Below, piece after piece: positions 55,469-64,000 of a DNA stretch of 64,000 bases. The DNA is from Antedon mediterranea. Taxonomy: Eukaryota; Animalia; Echinodermata. The stretch covers positions 7,068,001 through 7,132,000 of the forward strand of contig NC_092673.1 of assembly GCF_964355755.1 (NCBI RefSeq). Reading direction: 5' to 3'. The stretch's first letter is position 1, and every line of letters starts with the position of its first letter. The notes below the pieces were generated by a model. It did not search any database, had not been told where the DNA came from, and was given only the letters and a program-made list of their open reading frames with translations. A program made the translations under genes and the position numbers.

Positions 55469-56817
55469 GAGAAAAAGTCATGTTGAAATTATGATAATAA
55501 ATGGTAAGACCAGGCAAGAGTGAAATAAGACAAAAAGAGCCTAAATAGGCAAGACAATGGAACATAAACAATTATGTAACGCGTATAAAACCATGTTAAG
55601 TGAGGCATGACGAAGGAAATGATAACCACAGTACATTGGTTAATCTTTAAAAATGTGTAATATACATTTTTGAATTTTGAATTATACAAAAAATAGACAA
55701 GTTCGTTAATTTAAACAAAAATCATATAAAAACGAGTGACTTAGTGGATTTACAGACAGAGCGGAATGCGATTTTTTTCAAAAACGAAATTAACGTTAAA
55801 ACAGTCATTTCCAACATTATTTCACAATTGAATTGCTTTAGGACCAGATCTCAGAATTTCCAAAAAAAATGTATGCAATAAGCTTCTGAAAACGAATAAT
55901 GAGATTAAGAACAAGAATTAAAAAAACCAGTTGTTTTAAATAATTATTATATAATATATAAATAAAAAAGCTCTCAACGAAGACAACACAGATACTGAGA
56001 TAGGCATATATGCATTGAATGTGCTGTTTTAATATTATGTACATTTATATTTTAACATTCTGTTTATAGAGTTTCGTTATATAATAACTCTCGGATTATG
56101 TAATAACATTATATAATTGTATAACAACATTATATAATAACAAATTATATAAAAATTGTATAATTATACGTCATTGTGCCATTGTGGTTAATTTTTTTTT
56201 CTTGGATAGAAAAGAGATTTCAAAATAAAAGATTTAAAGAATAAATGAATAATACAGTAATTAATAATATTTAAAATAACAATTTTATATAGGAATATTA
56301 TATAATAAATTGAGGCAAGTATGCTTCAATTTATTGTTCATATGCTGTTCTATTGTCCATAATTCCAATGTTCTGATAAGAAAAACTGTGTGTTCTACCC
56401 AGTACCTAGGCCTACAACGCGAAGTGTGTTTGTACCGTATGGTGTAGTCTAATTCGATTTTGTGGCGAAACAAAACACTTTATTGTGAATGTAATGCTTT
56501 ATACTTTGTTTGGTGTGTACAGTATATTCAATGTAACATAAGGATGAAGCTTTATCGCAATTAGTAATGTTATATAATAATGCATTTGACCTTGATAGAA
56601 TGTACAGACAAAGATACTGTATTTCGTTAAAATCACTGGTACAAAACAATGCCTGTGTGAGGCTTCCTCATTCTAAATCTATTAATTATTATTAATAACA
56701 TCACAATATCATATTAAACATTTTAAATTATTTTTATCTTAATTATTGGCCGAAATATTAAATAAGTATTTCGCTCAGACTTAAGAGCTTAATATATATA
56801 TATATACATTTATATTA

Positions 56818-57218
56818 TAAATCCAAAGGCAAATTACTGAAAAATGACAATGCTGTGGGTATCAGTGGCTGGATTTCAATGGGGATACAAAATAAAGCGA
56901 AAAGCTAAATCAAAACGAGAAGTAAAATAGCCAGAAAAGTTGGCAGAGCTTTTGGGCAACACTAGCCCTTCATAGCGAAAAGCGAAAAGCTAAATCAAAA
57001 CGAAAAAGTAAAACAGCCAGAAAAGTTAGCAGAGCTTTCGGGCAACACTAGCCCTTCATCAGTGCAAGTACATTTTTATATATAAAGCTCTGTAAACGAT
57101 AAAGTTTACTTTACCGTTTTGATTTAGCTTTTCGCTTTTTATTTTTGTATCTCCATTGAGATCCAGCCACTGATACCCACAGCATTGTCATTTTTTCAGT
57201 AATTTGCCTTTGGATTTA
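56818..57218 (-). mobile_element. Penelope-like element remnant with inverted pLTR piece
   Basis: aatccaaaggcaaattactga...gtatcagtggctggat is inverted at both ends; internal ~87-bp tandem duplication carries hammerhead motifs. Confidence 0.7.
57029..57066 (-). ncRNA. Minimal type I hammerhead ribozyme motif
   Basis: Minus strand reads GCA-CUGAUGA-A-GGGC uaguguu GCCC-GAAA-GCUC-UGC: intact core, 4-bp stem II, palindromic AGCU at stem III. Confidence 0.7.
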
Positions 57219-57934
57219 GATAGAATGTACAGACAAAGATATTTTGTTAAAATCACTGGTACAAAACAATGCATGTGTGAGGCTTCCTCTTTCTAAATAT
57301 TTTCTACAAGAAATAGTATGGCTCAATGTAGATTGAATCTTTCTGGCGTTCTTCTAGTCATGCTATTAATTATCAATAAGTATAATCAGTATAGTTACTA
57401 GCCGTCTTCTTTTGAACCCCCGCAAAAAAAACATAGCAAACTCTATTGAACCAACATAAAAATGGTTGAATTGTGAAGTGTAAAACTCAAGACGACGATA
57501 TGTCAGTTTTTTTAAATAAAAAAAAATGTTTTGTTAAATACTTATGTTTGGGGTAAAACATCAATATTTTGTAACAAATGACTGAAACCTCCACACAAAC
57601 ATAGCAAACCTCATGAAAAGGAAATAAAGGTTATTGAATCATGTCTTATAGACTCATTTGGTATGTTAGTTAAAAAACAAATTAAATTTTGTAAATTACA
57701 GTACTTATTTTTGGGCGAAATATAAATTGTTGTTAAAAATAATTGTATTTAAAAATTGATTTTTTTTATCCCCAAAATCAGCAGTTAACAACAAAAATGT
57801 CAATTAGATCTGAATTTTCCCGTTTGAAAGAGCCGAATTTAGAAAACCTGCACAAACCAAAAATTTTAACAAATGAAAACACCTTTTTTCTAAAAACCGA
57901 ACAAAAATAGGAATATTTGAATCATCAAGAAGAA

Positions 57935-58036
57935 AATTTAGAGTACTAAAAACCACGTACTTTATGCACATACGACTATGGAAGTAATTTAGAGTACTAA
58001 AAACCACGTACTTTATGCACATACGACTATGGAAGT
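57935..58036 (+). repeat. Exact 51-bp tandem duplication
   Basis: aatttagagtactaaaaaccacgtactttatgcacatacgactatggaagt occurs twice. Confidence 0.9.
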
Positions 58037-58855
58037 TGCCTATGATAAGCTAATTTTTTAACTTTTTATGGTAAGCTTGTTTTTCGTACCCGCAAAACAA
58101 CAATCTAAACAATGAAATAATTGATGCATACCATAATGATTAGATCATAGATTTCAATGTGTTATCAATACACAAAGCAGATGGCCTCATGGTCGGGGAA
58201 TACCGTACTTGTGTTTTACCCAACGGGAGATAAGCGGACTCCATAAGGAGCAGACGCTGGAGACGACTTATTACGCTATTAATTAAACACTTACAACTGC
58301 GCCAAATGCCATTCAGATAATAAGACACAATTAATATCCAATTAATCAATATTATTATTAATGACATCACAATATTATATTAAAAAATTTAAATTATTTT
58401 TATCTTCATTGGCCGAAATATTAAATAAGTATTTCGCTCAGACTTAAGCGTTTAAAATATATATATTTATATACGTTGGGATTTCAGGAATTTGTATAAA
58501 GAAGGGCATTATATTCATGGCTGGCCCAGTCGCGTGCGCAAATTTGAGTTAGTGTTTACCGACCAACGAACCGACCGACATAGAATTTGTAATTCGAAGA
58601 ACAACGAGGTTATAACACATGTCCAATCAATCAATAGACCTATGTACCTGCTCATGTAGATAGATGAGTCAAATTTTGTTATTACCATTACTGTTAGAGT
58701 ATACCCGGCTATGTGAAGAGAAACAATAGTAGTATATAATCAATAGAAAATTGAATTTATCAAGGACGTGGCCATATGATCAGTGGCCCGACGACGGTCC
58801 TGCAATGTTATACAACGCACGCCCATGATGTTTTATTACAACTACATGGTTTTAC

Positions 58856-59239
58856 CAAAGAACTTATAACACAAGAATCTCCTGTTCTTCAATTTGCATT
58901 CAAAACACAGTATCGGAAGTACAGGGTTAAAAGGTCAAACTGGGCGACGCCATTTCACAGCATGGAGCAGCGCCCCCTCCAAACTAGGAAGTCAATTACT
59001 CTACCCCCCTAGAGTATTAGCAGATCCCCTATATGATTTTGACTTTCTAATTTGATGCGGGCGCCCTACTCCTCAGTCAATTACTCTATACCCCCTAGAG
59101 CATTAGCAGAACCCCTCTATGATTTTGACTTTCTAATTTGATGCGGGCGCCCTACTCCATGGCTCACTATCCCACAATGCCTTTCGAAATTGTTACGCGC
59201 TTCGGACGAACAGGAGATTCTTGTGTTATAAGTTCTTTG
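58856..59239. mobile_element. P-superfamily-like MITE with 7-bp TSD
   Basis: GTTTTAC|CAAAGAACTTATAACACAAGAATCTCCTGTT ... AACAGGAGATTCTTGTGTTATAAGTTCTTTG|GTTTTAC. Confidence 0.8.
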
Positions 59240-59946
59240 GTTTTACCTTCAGCAAAAGCAGCAGAACTATAACAATCAATTTTCTCCTGTTTTATTTTTA
59301 ATATACTCAACCTCTTCTTGAGTACACCGATTTTAAGGGAAACTTTCTTTAAACGAACGAGGGGAAATATGTTTAAATACACGACAACCATTATCCAAGG
59401 GAAATAGGCCTATGAACTCGTTAATATGGGTTCTACTATATTTCGTTTGTCTTTTAAATGGGGTACTTTTTTATATTGAAGTTAAACTTAAAGTTTAGTT
59501 CCCACTAGATACGTAACACAAAATCAATGTCGAGCGGCCCTTCGAATAATCCATCGCATTACTGATTATCAAAATCTTTCAGTGGAGAGTATTACAATTT
59601 CGCAACCCTACACTATTTCAACCCCGCTTAAACCAGGTGTGCCAATACTGGGCCCAGTGATCATAATAAACGTATGATGGGATTGACACAGTAGTATAAA
59701 TTTGCAAAAAGAACTCTAGTTTTATTTTACGTAGCGCCACCAGCGGGTGTTTATATTTTAGTTTCGAAAAAAAATGTCGCGCCATTTTTAAACACTGAAT
59801 TAATCGGACTTATATTATTATGAAATGTTGTAAACTAACTAACGTTAATACCACAAAGTATAACAAAAGCCATTAATAACTGCAGGACCAATTAATTTCC
59901 ACATTTAACATAAATGTAATAAGTATTATCGTATTCTTATTTGCAG

Positions 59947-60204
59947 CAAATTATTACAAAGACTACCAACCAAAAACTGAAGATGGTTTTAAAACGTGTC
60001 TTATCTGTGGGGACAGAGCCACTGGTCTCCACTATGGAATCGTATCTTGTGAAGGGTGTAAGGGATTCTTCAAGAGAAGCATCTGCAACAAGCGGGTGTA
60101 TAGGTGCCTGCGTGACAAGAACTGCATGATGTCGAGACAGAAGCGAAATCGATGTCAATATTGCAGATTATCTAAATGTCTACAAGTTGGGATGAACAGA
60201 AAAG
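59947..60204 (+). CDS. NR6A1: Germ cell nuclear factor (GCNF), DNA-binding-domain exon
   Basis: ttgcag| ...[70 protein letters not shown] g|gtaaga; as I recall it, nearly identical to the vertebrate GCNF DBD. Confidence 0.95.
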
Positions 60205-61164
60205 GTAAGAGCTAAGTGAGCTTCAGGAGTCTAGTCACTTACCCGGGTAAGTCGCTTTCATCAACCAACTTCGCTAACTTCTATACGTAGGCTTACGTAG
60301 GCTACATGTAGACCCGAATGTGCCAATACAGCTTAACAAACCCAAGTTTATCTTTTTCATTTGATTGGTGGATTTAGAATTAGGTGCCGTATTCATAATA
60401 TTTTTTCACTTTCAGTTGTTCAGAGAAAAAAATAGTTTTGCAACGCGGTAGCCCTTAATGTTGCGCGCGACGAGAATCCAACCTGTAGAGTGTGCCAACC
60501 TGAGTGCCGAATGTTTACATGCCATATACACTTTAACATTCGATTAAAAGGGCCTGATTAAACATGATATTTCCTCCATGATTAATTTGAATAAAGTTTA
60601 GCAGGAGCAGTAATAGAACAGTCCAACTTTCAACTCAAATATTCTCACGTTGTTTGTATACAACAAATCTAAATAACAGTTTTTCGCCTTATATTATATT
60701 TTTTCTTTTTCATATTATTATATAAATTATCTTAACCATGGCATTTACTGCTTACCGTACATACAACCATGAAGAAATAGGTTATTATTTCTCCATGGTA
60801 CAACACCTTAAATAATAAACCTCCAAAACACAGAGGGCGCCAAACATAATAGTTGTGCCCGTTATATCTTTTCATAGTTAATGTATTTAGAAATACAGAA
60901 TCAAATGTTTTTCACATGTATCACATAGTATCATAGACCATAAGCAAACTTATATTGTCCATATGAGATGCAAATGAGGTGTTGTATTATCAAATATCCC
61001 TATGATATACAAATATTATAGTATGTGGAGATACAGAACTAATACTCATATGAATTGTTTGTTTCATAATAATAGAGGCCTGTTATTTAAATATTAATCT
61101 AAGGTACATAATTTTATTTCAAATATTGTGTAATGATTTGCACATGTTTATTATTTATTTGTAG

Positions 61165-61220
61165 CAATAAGAGAAGATGGAATGCCAGGTGGAAGAAACA
61201 AAAGCATAGGCCCAGTTGAG
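61165..61220 (+). CDS. NR6A1: GCNF C-terminal-extension exon (56 nt)
   Basis: gtag| AIREDGMPGGRNKSIGPVE |gtatgt, a GCNF-diagnostic peptide; phase-compatible with the previous exon. Confidence 0.95.
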
Positions 61221-64000
61221 GTATGTTTACATGTGCATTATATCAATGTATAATTAACATCACGTATTCGATTAAAAAAAAAGGTCTTGCAGTTGTAACT
61301 GTATTATATATTAAAACAGAGATAATATATATAATATAAGATTGATTGCTCTAACATTGACATCTCCTAGGCTTACTTATATTTTCAAAAACGTAAGTAA
61401 CGATAATAAAACAATAGGCACATACCACTAGCAGATCTATAGTGGATTTAATAAATCCACCCTGTAACTAGTAGCATAGGTCCGGTCAGTTATTGTGTCG
61501 AAAGCAATACTTTACAGTATGTACGGTAGGTCTAAATATAGTAATATGTTACTACACAGTTATATTAATTTTCATTATAAAATAATACAGTAAATATTGA
61601 AAAGAAGCATCTTCTCAATTAACATGACATTGTACAGAAAATATTAAAATATACCATATAGTTATTGTATAGCTTAATGATTATCTTTGTATAACAATAC
61701 ACTTTTGCATTTCTCTACTGTTATTTGTTGTATTATGCCCTCTATAGGTAACATTGTTCAGTTTATTATCGCGATGCGGCGCTGTGCAATAATAATTTTA
61801 CAAAAACGTTAACTGATAAAATTTGTAATTTGAATTATTATGACAACTCAGATTCAATTAACTTAGTATAAAACTGACTCCAAATAATGAGAGGGAACGT
61901 TTTATACTATGTTATTTAAACATAATCATTGCAACTACTGAAGTATAGTTCATATTCCGTAGTTTTTAAAACAAATAGTTATTCCGCCCTCTGTGGGCAA
62001 CATTGTCCGATTTTATATCGTGATGGGGCGCTGTGCAACTTGGAAAACGGCACTCTCATTTTTGTTTGACAACAGTTGAAAAGACTACTTTATTTGGAAA
62101 AAAATATGGAACTTATTTTTAAAATACAATGTTGTCAATATCGTCGCATTATTGTAACTTTATAATGCAACAGTCAAAAATACATTACAAATATTTTGAA
62201 TGAATGAATGAATTTAGTTTGAATGATTTATACTAATTTCCAACATTTAGATGCTGCTTAGTGATGCTGTACAAATGTTAGTTATATATCTCTGTAAACT
62301 TCATTCATCACATTACCATTGATATAAACAATATTATATAAACATTATTAAATGTACGATTGATTTAAAATACTGTAGACTGTATCTGTTAAAATATTCT
62401 TCAAATTTTCTTTTGAAAATGAATTTACTTATTTAAATATTATTATAAATGCACATAGACAATTACAAACCGTGGCCAGATTGCATGCAATATCACACAA
62501 ATAAATATATAATAAAATATTGTTCAATTACAATTGACTACAATACTAAATTACCGTATATGTATATATTTACAATGTATATACTGTAATACATAAAGGA
62601 TATACTATGATATAAACAGAAAAGGAAACATTAAGAGAAAATGTAAAACCTTTTATTCCATCTATGATATCCAATTTATATGACAACGAAGAGTAGGCAT
62701 AATATTAGGTTACCAATATGCATGTATGATGTTTACTTCGATTGTAGAAACAAATTGGTTCTTGCATTTGGTTATACTTGATTGGATATTAGATGAGAAA
62801 TCAAGGTTTCGTTAAAATTCCGTAAAATTTACCTGTCATTATTATGTTTATTTGCATCTATCAACCTTGGACACTGATTTAAGCAGTTTTGTTATTTAAC
62901 TATTATTTGTATAATACTCTCTCAACCATGGCCATCATACAGATGTTTGAATGTGAAAATCTTTTCAACTAGTTCAAGGAAATGACCATTTATGTAGTGT
63001 GATCTGAGTGGTCAGATTTTTTCCATGGTCAAGACTTGCATTGTTTACATTCTAAAAATTGATGCGATTATCTCGAAAGGCATCCCAAGGCTGCTTTGTT
63101 TGTGCCAACACAACATTATCTGCGCATGTGCAGTTTGGTCATATTCACTTTGGAAGGTCAATAGCTGGAAGTGCAAATTTTTGCTTTAATAATGTCATTA
63201 GTTTAATTAAATTTGCTCTTAGTTTTATTCAGTGTGATTATAGAAAAAATGATAATATATTGATCCTAAATTAAACAATTTCCAATTCTAATTTTTAACT
63301 GCAGAAATTACTAAATAAATCGGTTATTTATTACATTATTACATTTTTAAACAAGATTAATTAGATTTATGTTCACATTCCCTAATATGAATTTCATTTA
63401 AGGTATGTTTAATTTGAATTGTGAATTAATCGTGTACATTGGATACTTTATTAAGTCGAAACAAAGACCCAGGAAATAATTTTCCACTGAAAAATTATTT
63501 CGTTTTTTAAATATTAGGTTGAATATGCCATTTTAATGTCATATAAGTTATTCACTTCGACCAAAAATCGAGAAAAAAATCATTTACCTAGAAAAAATGC
63601 AATTTAACGCAAAAATAGTCCAAATTGACTGTTGGTTGAATTTAAGCGTATATTTTATCTTTTTATAAGTGAAAACATTATTTGTTTTTATACGCTATGG
63701 AAATGTAATACTTTTCCTTTGCCTTTAATATTTTGCTTAAACGAATTTCTTTACTATGGACTTGTAACATTGTAATTTTGTTGGCGACTCATTTGTAAAC
63801 TGCTTTTCAACCAATACTACACCTTGATTAAATTGTAGTTTTTGTTTAAATATCGCCCAGGCTGAAACGGCGAACAAATTAATTATTTACAAAACAAAAT
63901 TCTATATACAGATAGTTTAACCAACAAATACCGTTTTATAAATAGATATAGTAGTACGATACCTGATCATTAACCAAATTAAAAGAATAAAATTAAAGAA

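Overview
AT-rich, intron-containing animal genomic DNA, probably a marine invertebrate deuterostome such as an echinoderm (taxon is an impression, not shown). The main content is a tandem array of three + strand paralogues. Each has a giant Thr/Asp repeat exon (TTDA/TTDT, 12/24-nt units) spliced in phase 1 to a terminal six-Cys PAN/Apple-like exon. Copy 2 (13174-26630) reconstructs by hand into 8 phase-compatible GT-AG exons: signal peptide, a six-bladed YWTD-like beta-propeller, a ~1390-aa acidic Thr/Asp stalk and PAN (1782 aa, no TM segment, no EGF). Copy 3 lacks propeller exons, has two candidate signal-peptide exons and has gained dozens of N-x-T sequons. Copy 1 is cut by the window start. 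The right end holds two exons of the nuclear receptor GCNF/NR6A1. The rest is transposon-rich: a near-intact Rex1/Babar-like LINE, L2/RTE-X/ORF1 fragments, Harbinger-, pogo- and P-like MITEs, a foldback element, Helitron-like ends, Penelope-like fragments with minimal hammerhead ribozymes, and 24-33-bp palindromes resembling P-element excision footprints.
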